Shown: positions 14,558 through 28,769 of the stretch, in pieces | Layout of the letters: each line of letters begins with the position of its first letter | Position numbering within the stretch: position 1 is the first letter of the stretch | Source of the DNA: the human T2T-CHM13v2.0 reference genome, Homo sapiens | DNA: 64,000 bases | Direction: 5' to 3' (one strand) | Assembly (NCBI RefSeq): GCF_009914755.1 | Contig: NC_060926.1 | Made by a program: the position numbers and the translations under genes | The notes under the pieces: generated by a model | The model's input: the letters and a program-made list of their open reading frames with translations, nothing else | The model's database searches: none | Told to the model about the DNA's origin: nothing

Positions 14558-15077
14558 GGTAAAATATTAAATAATATACAGAATTAAAAACTGCACTTAC
14601 ACTTCTGAGAAGAAATAAATCTTGGACAAATTATATGCTTGTTCCTGAGATTCCCTAAATTTATTCCAGTAGCTGTGCACTCAGACAGTACAAACCTTTA
14701 TAATATAATCCTTTTCACAAAGTATTACAAAGTTTCTGCAGCTTCTTTAGTTGTACACACATACAGACACACACTCACACATGCATATACAACACTCATA
14801 CACATATACACAGTAACCACATACATGCACAGAACATGTATGTGTGTGCATTAAAAACAAAGAAGATACAAGTCCCACATTTTAGTCTGCAGTGATAAAA
14901 CTATTTAGCGGAGGTCTCCAAATCAGTATGTAGTAGAGTGACTTGTCACACAGCTGCAAAGACTGTTTCAGTATTTCCATAGTAAACCTCATTTTCTGAG
15001 GTATGGTATTTGAGCCTTAAAAAAACTACATTACACTTAGCAAACCTGACATACAAGGTATGGAATTTTAACTTTAC

Positions 15078-15107
15078 ATATATATTTATATATATATATA
15101 TATATAT
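15078..15107. repeat. (TA)n microsatellite in the 3'UTR
   Basis: Direct reading; one interruption. Confidence 0.9.
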
Positions 15108-18100
15108 TTCTTTTTTAAACAATAGTTTTTATTTCCCCAAATTATTAGTTTGAAAAAAAATGAGGTTTACTGGTTTGACCTATTTTTTTTTCTTTTTTTG
15201 CTTCTAAAACACAAAATACCCTAGAAACTGTCAAGCAATTAGTCTTTAAAATAGTCTAATTACCTTTGGTATTGTTAAAGAAAGAATATCTAAAATGGCC
15301 AAGACACATACTGTACAAATGCAGAAATGCAGTAACTGCCTTTAAAAGAAATGCCAAAGAAATGTTATCTTTTAACAAAACATGTATTTATATTACAGCA
15401 GTTTTACTACAGGGACACAGGTATAAAAAAAGAAAATTAGCACACTACATATAAATATGTATAAGAAAAATACCTCTTACTTAAATTTGTATGAAAACAG
15501 GACTGCTCCAAATATTTTTAAAAAAAATTTCTCCAATAGGTGATATGTAAGTGTTTAAAACTCAGCTAAGTGCTTTGCTTTTATTTAAAAGTTTATTTCT
15601 AAAAGGGGAGAAGTAAAATAAAAATATTAAGTATTAGGTTCTTAATTTAGAGCATTGGGCGAGGGTCTAAGAAGATTCAATCTGTAAAAAGTTCAACTTT
15701 AGGACACATTTTTCAAGCAAAAGATTACTAATTTCCATGGAAATTTAGCTTAAATAAAGATACCATGAGATCAGACTAGTGGTTTCCACATTCTGTAATC
15801 TTTTGATTGTGGAGTGTTTTTCTCTTTGCTTGTTGTGTCCTTTAACATACTATGACTTTTATGAGTTTCTTTTTGTCATTAGCTAAAGGAAGAATAGGTC
15901 AGAAAAGAAAAAAAAATCACCATAGTTTTTAAGACTTCAAGGGGAGTATTGCACTTGTACAGAAAGAAAAGAATAGTATCTTTTTAACTAATAGCAGAAG
16001 CAATCATTCTGGGATTGCAAATAACACATGGTCTAAAAGGTCCAACTATTAACAGCAAATATGGGGCCTGGAGACCCCCTCCAAACCTGGAATATTATTA
16101 TAGTAATGTTAAAGCATTTTTCTCCCAATTAGGAGAAAGTTAAGACTCTTTGCTTTACATTTTTAACACCTTTCTAAACACTTGCAAATAACTGTCTAGT
16201 CTTTCATGATATACATTTTTTGGAGGAAAGCCAAATCAGAATGTAAAATCCAACAATAAAGGAAAGCAAACATACTATAATAGGATTACATAATCTCTGA
16301 AGTAATGTTTTAGGTACCCAATATTTGAAAGTGAAAGTAACATGAGGGTTACATAGCTTACTATTTTTAATCCAACCACTTTTCTTTTTAATAGAAAACT
16401 ACACTTGAGTATAAAAATACGTCAGCAGATTATACAACCAACAAAAATCACGAAAAAAAAATTAAGATTAAATTACCAATGAACTAGAAATAAGAGTTGA
16501 CCTAATCTTCAAACTTTTAGGAGAACAGAGAGGTAAACATCCATAGACAATGACAGAAGGGAGACGGACAAAGAAAGAGGCTGAGGGAGATGTAACAAAA
16601 TTTAAGAGATAACAGAGAGACCTTTGTTACACAGAAAGGGAAGGGAGTTATGTTCAAAATCAGAATGCTTGACTGTAAAAAATTTTTAAATCACAGTTTC
16701 AGAATTTGAACTACTTAAAAAAAACAAGAATAAAACAACAAAAAAACCCAGATCCCTTCCCTTGTTACAGTGTAGTCATTTTTTAAAAAATCAATTTCCA
16801 GTAAATTAAAGTAAGTAAAATCTTGATAAGTGCATAGTAGGGGATTCAGTGACCTCCACCTGCTCAAGAAGCTTTTCTTACTATCTGTCACTTGAGGTAA
16901 TTTGAAGGCCCAATTCACTGCAAACTCATTTATTTGTACCTATATGAACTTATATGCTGTACTTTATGTGACTTAGCAGAGGGCCTTTAACTTTTATATT
17001 TTATTCACAATAAAAAGGACATCTTAGAAAACTAGTCATTCATGTACCACTCTCTGTATGGGATAAAGGTTAATACACAACACATATTTTATACAGAAAA
17101 TATACAAATGCAGTGTTATGGGAGGAAAGCCCCATAAACAGAATTATGAACTTATTCCTAAGAGTGCAGGTGAAAAATATCCTCAAACTTACAGTACAGC
17201 AAGATAAAACTAAAAAGCTAGAAATAGAATATTACATAAAAACCTTATGGAAATTCCAAAGTTTAAGGTTTCTGCAATAAATGTAAAAATATTCAAGGTG
17301 TCATTATTTGGCCTAGTAATACACTATGATAAAAAGAAACACTAGCATATCACAGCTTCTTGGTCATATGCCATTTGCTTTGTATAACCAGCAGCTCATT
17401 TTTTTAAAAAGCTGTCATATCCTAACACACCCATTGCAAGTAATACACAACCATGATATGAAACCATTTGAGATTATGCTTTGGAGAATAGCAATGTGAT
17501 ATGACTGTTCAGTTTTGCTTTGTTCAAGGAGAATTAATTACCTGCTTTTTCACATTATTCCATCAATTTTCAATCTCTATTTTCTAACAGATTAGAAAAT
17601 ACAGATTCCAAGACTAGAACAATACTAGTCTGGAGATGAAAATCCAAATGAATACTGTATTTTATTGACCAAAAAATTATCTAATAAATTCTTGTTTGAT
17701 ACAGAACTTATTCTTCCTTAAAAACAAAACAAAAACACAAATTATAATTCAATTCACAGGTAAAGTTTCACTCTATATTTTACCTGCATAATCTTGTAAT
17801 CATATTCAGAAATACTATGAAACTAAAAAGGTAGTAAAGTCTAGTTTCAAAGTTTCCTTTTCCTTTTAACAGCTGAGCTGAAAATTTCTCTATTAGAAAT
17901 TGCTCTAAAGATTTGCACTAAAAATGCAGAGATGAATTATATAGTACTCAATTTTAAGTGATTTTTAAAAATGCATATTAAAAGTGTTGTACAGCTGCAA
18001 CAGCTAACCAACACTCTCAATGCATTTTAAAAAGGCACCAATATAAAGAACATAAGTATTTAATACATTAAATTCAGGATTTAGGAGACCAGTTACTGTA

Positions 18101-21100
18101 TATTTTAATTATTTTGCAGAAACTGGAGAATTAAAAATATGTCTAAGATAACTTTCATATACACAAACTTCAATTTCACCTCTTCCCACTTTTTTTTTCT
18201 TTTGGATTTGGGGAATTTTCTGGTTTAGAATAGTCTTCATTCAGATAGTATTTATTAAAATAATACATAAAATGCAACTGATGATAAACACAAATGTAAT
18301 TTATCCATTTTTGGACGTGAACAATCCAAAGTTAAAAAACAAATCATGTAGCTAGTACCTCTGACAGTTTAAGTTCTGCCTGAAACTAGGGGCACACAGT
18401 TTTTTGCTTGTATTTTTACAGCCCCGTCTGCTCTTTTTGTACCCTAAGAAATCATTTTGGAGATAGGATGAAATAAAATTTGGAAGATAGTGAGAACATA
18501 ATAATTTTCATCTAAATGCCTTAATCTGATGTAAATTTTGTTAAACATTTATAAAATACCAAAGACTTCATGGTTTTGTGAGTTGTACAACTGAGATAAA
18601 AACTATAAAAACAAAATACCGGGCTCACTAAACTATTCTTGTCTTTCTCTATTTGCCAATAAGTAACTGTTGATAATATTTATTTTCTGAATTTTCTTCG
18701 TATTCCAAAAAACTTTACATTAAATATCTTTGAATGTATATCCAATCAGCTTAATCATTGTTTGTTTCACTTTGTTCTGTAAGTAGATAATAAGGACCCA
18801 AAGTTTTAGTTTAAGAGTTGCCACTGGTCCTAAAGACACACTAGTAACTTCTTTAGTGATTCCTATTACGACCTGATAAAGTAAACCCAACTAATTTCTT
18901 GGTATTAACTGTCATTTAAATTCTCTGTATGTTTTTGCAATACATCTGATCACTCCAACTGCTTTTTTTTCCATGAATTCTCTTTAAAAGAATGTGTGTG
19001 TAGTATACACACACATATACCCTATGATTCATACATACAATTGCCTGTATGTATGTAGGGGAGATACTTTCTACTACGTAGCCAAATCTAAGTCGTAGTT
19101 TCTTATTTTCCCAATTTTGTCCCTTTAGGAAATCTCAATGGAATATTTCAATGACTTGAAATTTCTTCCAATCCGCCTACTGATCCCTTTCCCTGTCTTA
19201 AAAAGGTCCAATTAGAATGGCTTTTGAGCATGATTCATCACTGTCAGAGAGAGGCTAAGATAAAATTCTGGGCAAAATTAGGGCAAAGCAATGTGATGAA
19301 ATTCTGAACTTTTGCCAAACTGGAAAATACAGAAGATAACCCATTTTCATGCTCCTCAAATACTTTCTGTAAGTGAAATCTCACCTAAACAAACTGGGCA
19401 TACAACTGTTATGTAAAACTTGATTTATTTGGTGTCTGACTCTTATGTTTATTTTTAGATGCTACAACCTTGCGTATTTCCTTTTGAAGAAAAGGCATGC
19501 ACATATAACCATCCAGAGTTTCTCCAAAAACACTACGTCCACAAAAATTCTTTCTGACCCACAAATTTGAATTGACTTTGTCCTCAATTGTCCCTGCCAC
19601 ACCCTGAGCCATATCCACCTCTTTCTGTTCCTCATGAAGCTAGGAAGATACAAGTATATGCTTGTAGCAAATGCACTCTCAACTACTAACTACCTTCAAT
19701 AAAACAGATTCCCAAAAAGATGAAATCAGAAAAGGAAAGTGCCTCAGCACTGTCTTCATAAGGTTTAGGGTCCACCTAAATTTAGTTTCATCCTGGGGCA
19801 GGTAGATACATGATTGTTCATATACTGAAAAAAAAATAAGTAGGAAGAAAATTCATAGATAATGCCAGCAGAAATTCGCACACAGCCAAAATTATGAACA
19901 TATTGACTGACATCCAAATGTTTCCTTAAATTGCAGTAAAAGACAAAATTGTGAACCTTAAAATTATTTACCTCATCCAAAAGGAAAAAAAATGGCATCC
20001 CAATTATTATTTGGGAGTGGTTGGGTGGGGGGGGGTGAGCGAGTCTCAAAAACATGCTTTATCTTTAAATAGGTTGTATGTTCACTATGTACCAAGGCAT
20101 GCAGAAAAAAAAAAATGAAATGGTTGACATTCTATATATCTCTGTTTTGGTGCATTCCCTTAGATTTAAAGGGGGCAGTTTGGACATTTTCCCAAAAATA
20201 ATTATGACAGGGACTAGTAGAAGAGAGCTGAGTTCTAACCATTTTTGCCTAGTTCTAGCTGTGTTAGTGCTTAGAAGTGCTTAGCTGGTGCCTACCATTT
20301 AAATAGCAAATAGTAAGCTGGAAAATGAGTTAAGAGCAGTATTGGGGCCAAACTTGCTTATGTCCACAATTCTCTTGACTTGGTAATTCTCATACCACAC
20401 TGTATTAAGATACATAATTTCAGCATCCTATTTAATGATCCTTTAGAGCAGTTATCAGTTACTGCCTAACAGAATTTCAGTATTCACAAATGGTTATCAG
20501 ATAATCCAGTCACAGTCAGGTCTGTCCTCCCCAAACAGAAGCAGCAAGTTCTGCCTTCCAAGTATGTCCCCCTAAAATGACTTGAATCAATATCACTCGG
20601 TTCCTCCCCTCTAATGTGGCTGGACTGCAAAGAAAAAACAGAGCGCCCACATAAATGAAATTAAAATCTGCACATGAAATATGGCAACCTATACCATGTA
20701 AGGGGAATTCTATACTAAGGGATTGAGATTCATTTCTGACAAGGACTTACACAATTAAATGTTTTGGAAACAGAAAAATGTGCAGGACTTTCCTTTGGGG
20801 GTTCTGTCACATTCTAGACTCCAAGAAGGGTAAAAGTAAACTTTCTTATTTTTTTGTTTCTTTTATCTGTTGTCCAAGGTACAGGTTACAAAGAAGTCCC
20901 ATTCCCTTTTCTTTGCAACAAGAGTAGTAAATACTACTGAAGAAATGCTAAAATAAATAGCCCTAGTTCTGTAACCTTACAGGGTTCAAGTTACCAGATT
21001 CAGGCCAAATTAGCAATTGCTCTGAGGAGATTTTGAAAGAAACAGCCGACAGGAAGACTTTTAAGACCTTCTACTCGAAGAGTAAAGGATGAATGAACTA

Positions 21101-22194
21101 TGGACAGAACACCGGGAGGTCACATCTTGAAAAAAACTAGTGAAAAGAGAAATACCAGAAAAGGGATTTCTAAGTGGGTTTTCTCCCCCTACTGTTAGCA
21201 TAATTATATTTTTCTGCTGACTGGTTAACACTGATTAAATGCTGATAAAGTGACAATCGTAAGCATACTTTTAGAAACAAATACATATACTATGCTGCCA
21301 TCACATTACAACTTTAAAAGAAAACCTCTCAAACAAATTTATGAAAGTAGAAGTCCCTCCCAGAAATTATTGACTGCCTTTTATCCACTCTTAGACCATA
21401 TGTTATTCTGAAAACTACATAAAAATACTATTCCTTAAAGGTGTTAAAAGTAAGGCTGCCAGGGTGTCTATAAAATGCCAGTCATCAAAACTATGGAAAA
21501 ACAGTGCTTACGTTTAGAAAAATAAGATCACAGGACCTCAGATGTATTGTAGGTGGCCCTTAACTACCTGTAGTTTAAAAGTTTTGCTATATGGTACAGT
21601 GTAAAACATACTGAATTATAAATTCCATAGGGGAAGTAAACATAGAACCCACAACAACTCAGCTCCTCTTAGGAGTTATCACTGAAAATAACAATGTGTT
21701 TGTGTTCCATGATCTCTGAAGAACAAAAAATTGGTTTACAGTTTGAAACACATTCTTCTTTCAAGAATAAAGTTACTTATACCATTTTTAAACCACCAAA
21801 GTCCTACCCAGAAAACTCTGAACTTTCCTGTCTTCCATCATAATTCTGAATATCAGTGGCAAATCAGAATCTCTTAGGTGAATCTTTATGAATCAAGTGA
21901 TTTTTCAAAGCATGATATGCCTTGGTAGAAATGGACTGCTCTTAAATTCCCACAAAATAAACAAGCCAGGTGATAAAGAAACAATATTCCCGCCCCTTCT
22001 CTCTTCTGTTTCTTCCTTATCGTAATTAGGCAGAGCAAATGACACTGCCTCCACAAAATAAGAATTATCAACAGTAATAATATTAAAAAAAATAAAAGGT
22101 ATGTCAACATTTGAGGAAAGGTGGGATTGTAAGTGCAGTATTTCTTCATGTGCAGTTCTTTACTTCATAGGGGTCCCCTTTGGAATGAAAAGGC

Positions 22195-23046
<852 letters not shown>

Positions 23047-23095
23047 TTACTCTATAAGTCAAGTATTTGGGCAATTCTGCTGATGCTCACACACA

Positions 23096-23366
23096 TTTTT
23101 TTTTTTTTTGAGACAGAGTCTCAGGGTGTGATCTCTGCTCACTGCAACCTCCACCTCTCCAGTTCAAGGGATTCTCATGCCTCAGCCACCTGAGTAGCTG
23201 GAATTACAGGCATGCGCCCCCATACCTGGCTAATTTTTGTATTTTTAGTAGAGATAGGGTTTTGCCCTGTTAGCCAGGCTGGTCTAGAACTCCTGGCCTC
23301 AAGTGATCCACCCACCTTGGCCTCCCAAAGTGTTACGATTACAGGCATGAGACACTGGGTCTGGCC
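23096..23366 (-). mobile_element. Alu (S/J type) with a short internal deletion
   Basis: Poly-T then Alu reverse complement ending ggcc at 23366; the segment after gagacagagtctc is missing. Confidence 0.92.
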
Positions 23367-24479
23367 ACAAATATTCTTGACATGAAAAAAATATAAAAGC
23401 AATAAAAATTTTGTAAGCCATTTGCATTTGTTCTGATGCCATCATGAGAATGCATCTAGTCTGAAAGATATGATTGAGTTTATCATATTTTCATTTTCTT
23501 TTAAAATTCTCACTTGAATAGAGCTCAAGGAGAATAGGAGGAAGAATACCCAGTAAAAACAAGTCAGAGACTATGCTTGATTTTGCATATTTTAAACATT
23601 AGTGACCAAGCTACAAAGATCATAAAAGTGAGAGTGATCTGGTTATAACATATGGCACCTCACTGTTGTGTAGGGTTAAGTTGGTTGATTCGGCCACTAT
23701 TTCAGAAAAAATATATATAACCCATATATGTCATTCTGGAGATTTTTTAAAAGTCATTATTAAAATACTTTTAAAAGTAGTACCACCTAATAAAAATGAA
23801 TGAAATGTAGGGTTATTTAAAAATAAAATTAAGAGTTATTTCAAAAAGTATTTGCTCATAAACTCGGAAAATCTTGTCTCATTGTTTTGCTTCTTGAAAT
23901 TAATATTCATTTTTATATCATCCTTTCTTATTTAGACATGTGTATGTGATAGTGCTGGTACGTACACCCATTGCTAGCTTCCCATACTTTTTCTTGATTG
24001 AAGCATGTTTGCAGTTTTTCCTTAAATATACACCTCAACAAATATAATTTTACTCCAATATTTTACATCAACATAATGTCTGACTGTTAACTATAAAAGA
24101 GTTTTGGTGCTTGCAACGGGAAAAGTAGTTTTGATTTTTAGCCAGATATTGCTGGTTTTGAACAGAATATTTAGTCTTTTACAAATTCTGTCCCTAAGAC
24201 AATGTGGTCTCTATTTACCAGTTACTTTCATAGGTAAATCTTACAGATAAATGCTTCTTAAAAACATATGTGGGTTTCCCATAAATGGTTAATATGTTGT
24301 TGTGGATGGATGCTTAACTTGTAATTTTGGCAGATACTCTCAGATTGGAAGAAATGGCCCCTACGTGAGATCAGTGTAATGATTAGAGTAACAAAAATGG
24401 AAACACAAAACGAGGAGAAATTATTTCATGGCACTCAACTTAAGATATATGCAATGTCAAACATTTCCAAATTAAGCTA

Positions 24480-26950
24480 GACAAACCTGATCTATATTCT
24501 TAAAGAACTTACAGTTTGGAAGGAACAATAGCAATTTAAGGATCATTTACAACATAGTGTGGTATGTGTGATGGGGTCAAATAAGAGGAATATTTAGCTC
24601 ATACCAGGGGACTAAAGGAACACTTCTTGAAGGAAATGGAATCAAGGACAATAATGTGATTGTAAACATAGCCAAGTGAAGAAACATGAGGTGGAGTAGC
24701 TGGTAGAAAGGATCAGAGGCAAGAGGGCATCACTTATAAAGGAGGAATTACTTATACTTCAATAAGGCTGAGAGTAGAAACAAGTGCGAAAGACAAGTTA
24801 GATAATATAAGGCTAAATATGCTAAAAATTTGAATATTTCCCTAAAGGAATACAGATTGAAGGGGATAAACAAGGAAGTGCCCTGAAGGTATTCATTTAG
24901 CAAAGGGGTTTAGGAAATTGCTGCTCTAGGTTTCTGGCCTAGGAAATTTAGTAGATGACAATGAGATAGAAAAGATGATGAATTCAGTTTGGGAGGACTA
25001 TGAGTAATAATAATGTCCAGTAAGTTTAGTCTCAAATTCAGAAGAGAGACCTGGGCTTGAGATGTAGAAATGAGTCATCAGTTGATAGAAAGCAACTTCT
25101 GAAGCCAAGGAAATAACTGATATCACCCAGGTAGAGTGTGAAGGGGATGGGTCAAAAATAGAACCTGGAATAACACTAAGATTTGTCTGCCTACTCATAG
25201 ATCAGGGAAAGTGGGGTTTGCACTGGGCCCCATGTTTAGGGAGCCCTGGGCCTTTCTTCTCAGGAAATGAGGAGCTTCTAGGGCCAAGGGAATGTGCTGA
25301 TCTGAAGCTCACTCAGACCCCAGAATTCCTTGCCCAAATGGTTCTGAGCCTGCTTCTAGGGACTACACAGTCCTCTTCATAGGGTCCATAATACTTCATA
25401 CCAACTGTGCTACTGGTAAGCACACACCTAGGCCTGATGGCCAAGGCACTGGTCTTTATGTGCAATGTAAAAAGAACCTGGATATGCAGGCTGGGGTGTC
25501 CATACATGTGTGTGTGAGACCCCCTTTGGTAATGGAGAGAACTAGGAGTGGGTCTAAGAGAGGAGCCTAGCTGTAAGCCAGTGGGTGGTTCTGCTCGTGC
25601 TGCCAAGGTGTAGTGTAGAGCTACAGGAAATCTGAGAATTGCATATTTATTTGAACTTAGTCAAGTTGGAAGGGTAGAAAATAAGTTTTACAGTTAGATT
25701 TATAATATAAAAATATTTAGGCATATGAATGGGGGCCTCCATTTGTACTTTGGCCAACTTGCATAGCTGTTAAGGATAAGTCTGAAAGAATACTGAACAC
25801 AGTCAGAGAGAGAGAACAATGTCATAAAAACCAAGAAAAGAGTGTGTTTCCAAAGGAATTGACTATTCAATAGTGGCAGATACTCTCTAGGAGCTGTGTA
25901 AGATACTGTCTTAAAAGAGTCTACTCGATTTGGCACTACAGAAGCTAGTTGTGACCTCAGTGAGAATAATTTTAATGGAGTGTGGGAAAGAAAAACAGGT
26001 TGCATGGACTTGGAAATGAATAGAAAAAAAAAATCATTGAAAACAAGCACAGAGATTCTTTCAACAATTTCATCTTTGAAGAAAAGGAGACTACAGGTGT
26101 ACCTGGAAGGAGATGGGGCTTAAAGGAAGATTTTTTTTAATTATGAGAATTTATTGCATTAAATGCTGATAGGAAATGCCCAATAGAGGGGAGAGGTTAA
26201 AAATGTAAGTGAGAAAGAGGAAAAAATAATAGCGTGAGGTATCTGGGGGGCCAGGATAGGAGAATTCCTGTGCACAAGAGGGGGAATGAACTTTAATTAG
26301 AAAGAGGGATAGTTGTTTCATTGAAATAAGGAAAAAAGATAAAAGCATTTACATGGATGCGTACAATCCTATAGAATTGGTAATATTATGTTGAAATCAG
26401 TTCCAGCGATTTTATCCCCTGTGAATATAGATATAAGATCACCAAGGAGTGAGACAGCATGTTTGCAGAGAGTACAGAAGGTTGGCACTGTCATGGTGGA
26501 GAGCAGGAGAGATGATTCTTCAGGGATGCTGCTCCATAGGATGGATAGGCCAGCTGATATTTGGGATCAGTTATTCATTCATATATATTGATGCCAACTC
26601 ATCAGCCTGTGGAATTTTCTCCAAAAGTACCAGATGTGCAGGCTGGGGTGCACATCTAGTGAGATATAAGTATGGAAAGGATGCTCAGTCAGCTTTACAA
26701 GACAGTAGGGTTTCATCAGGAGAAGGGGATGATAGATCAGCCAACAAGGCAAGAAAGGCAAGAATATTGGCAAGAGAGATGTAGAAGTGATGAGCCATGG
26801 AATCTAAGCTGAATAAGAAAAGAGAGGGAGAGACAAGTAGATATGCAGGAAGTTCAGGGATCATTGGTCTGGAGAATTTGATAAGGTCAAAGAATAGTAT
26901 TTAACTGAGGCACATGGAGAAGGCAATTTATAATAAGTGTGGAATGATGA
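24480..26950 (-). mobile_element. Large degraded L2 with a probable hAT-type insert at ~25205-25770; boundaries approximate
   Basis: Purine-rich antisense L2 motifs (gatgatgaattcagtttggga, gaagagagacctgggcttgagatgtagaaatgagtcatcag). Confidence 0.6.
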
Positions 26951-28101
26951 AATTTTTTGTTTCAAGAACAATAACAGAAGTAGTTACTATGGCTACTGTT
27001 TGTTATATATTACTAGGATAGAATCCAAATAAAGAAAAATATTCTCTCAAATTCTTAATTAAAAATATAATATAAATATTTTAGAATCATAATGTAATTT
27101 TCTAAAAAGCTGTCCCTCTTTTCTAAGGAATGCAGTGAAATAAAATTGAGAGTAACATCTCTAAGTCAGGAAACATGACAAAAAACGTTACAAAGAGTAG
27201 ACTATATAAATTCAGAAGACAGAAAGAATAATAATATATTTTATTTTTTCCAACTACATTAGAGTCTAGTTAGATTTAAGCATTTAATGACATCCAACAA
27301 AAAAATCAATATTAAAAATAAGTAAACTGGCTCTTTATTTCTTTTTTTTCATAGTTACCCACAAGAACAGAAAAAAAGTTACCAAAGGCCTGAGGCAGTC
27401 CTTTGTGTATAACTCAGGGGCTTCAACTGACATAATATAAACTATGGCCCTTATAGTCACCCTTAGGCCTTCTTTCAATGAGTTCTCAATAAATCCCTCC
27501 AGCTAGTCTTAGAGTGCTATTTTGGTGATGTGTTAGTTCTTCAATTTCAGATTGAAAGGAAACCTTCTTTAAGTGTTTATTGAAGTAATGGAATTGTGTT
27601 ATCCTCTCCTCCCTGAAATAACCAAAGCAAAGATTTTTGTCTCAATCACCATTTAATCAGGATGTCCCACAATGCTGACACTAGAATGTCAGAATCTGTT
27701 TGAATATTTTTATCCTAATAGATATATATACAATGAATAACAATTCTTTAACAATTCTTTTTATTGAATCTCTATTATTCATATTTCTTTTAAAAAGTCC
27801 ATGCTTTTTGTATCCTCAGAGACAATCTATGACTTACAGCATGCATCCAGAATGATGCCAACATTGGGCGTATCAAAGAATATCTAAGGGTTCGGAAATG
27901 AAAAGGGAAAGTCTAAATATATGATATTTAATCTTTTCAGTTCAAAATCATAGGCTGGATGAAAAAACAAAGATTAAAATATGAAATAAAGATCCAAATA
28001 TGAAACATCTTGAATGTAGGTTGCTGCATTATTTTTCCAATGCAGAATTTTGAAAAAAAGAAAAATTATCTTCATTCCAGATAAAATACGAAAATAATTA
28101 A

Positions 28102-28239
28102 CCCATTTATGCCTGAGGTTGAAATTTTGTTTTAATTTTTGCAATCAGACCTTGGCGATGACCTTGAGCAGTAGGATATAAATAACTCCCACATGCTTAG
28201 CGTTCCAATAATGGGACACTAGGCATAAATGTTAATAGG
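28102..28239 (-). mobile_element. MER85 piggyBac-derived MITE
   Basis: TTAA target sites at 28098-28101 and 28240-28243, TIR cccatttatgcct, and body gcaatcagaccttggcgatgaccttgagcagtaggatataaataactcccacatgcttagcgttcc, the reverse complement of recalled MER85. Confidence 0.92.
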
Positions 28240-28625
28240 TTAAAAAAAAAACAGCTAAAAACCTGACACTAATGAAAATTTTAAAACAGATTACAAAACT
28301 GGCCAATAGGCTGGACCGTTTCTCTTCTGTATGACTATTTTTTAAAGAAATTAATATTTTCTATTTTACATGTTATTTCACTTTATATATCATCATATTT
28401 TGAGATGGTGACCACTATCAGTCTTTATCTCTCATATGTATTTGTGTGTGTTGGTGTAAGTGTGGTGTACACAGAATGTCAGAGAGTAAAAAAGAATAAT
28501 GAAGAAAAGAGATGGGTATTTATTTCATGAACTGAAACACACCATATATATTTCTAATACATGGGAACTTGCCTTTTCCTATTAACATCACCTTGCAAAG
28601 AAACAAAAGCATTTGTAATGCTTAC

Positions 28626-28769
28626 CCACAAACTTTTGTGGAGTGGAGCTTTTACGTTTTCCCATATTCCCCGTGAGCTTCTCTATGACAGCAGGTCTCT
28701 CAAAAGGCACCAGAGAAATATTGTTGTCCATAATAGGCTCTTGTTCCTTACAATCTTCCATAGGAGGTA
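28626..28769 (-). CDS. IKZF2: IKZF2 penultimate coding exon (144 nt)
   Basis: Encodes (V)[47 protein letters not shown](G), with the Ikaros-family KRKSSxPQKF motif. Acceptor ttttgtatAG at 28771-28770; donor G|GTAAG at 28625. Confidence 0.97.

Larger units (their letters stand above)
14525..22194 (-). other. IKZF2: IKZF2 long 3'UTR (~7.7 kb; 3' end approximate)
   Basis: Follows the TAG. AU-rich with no recognisable Alu/L1, unlike the flanks; ends at tandem AATAAA hexamers. Confidence 0.8.
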
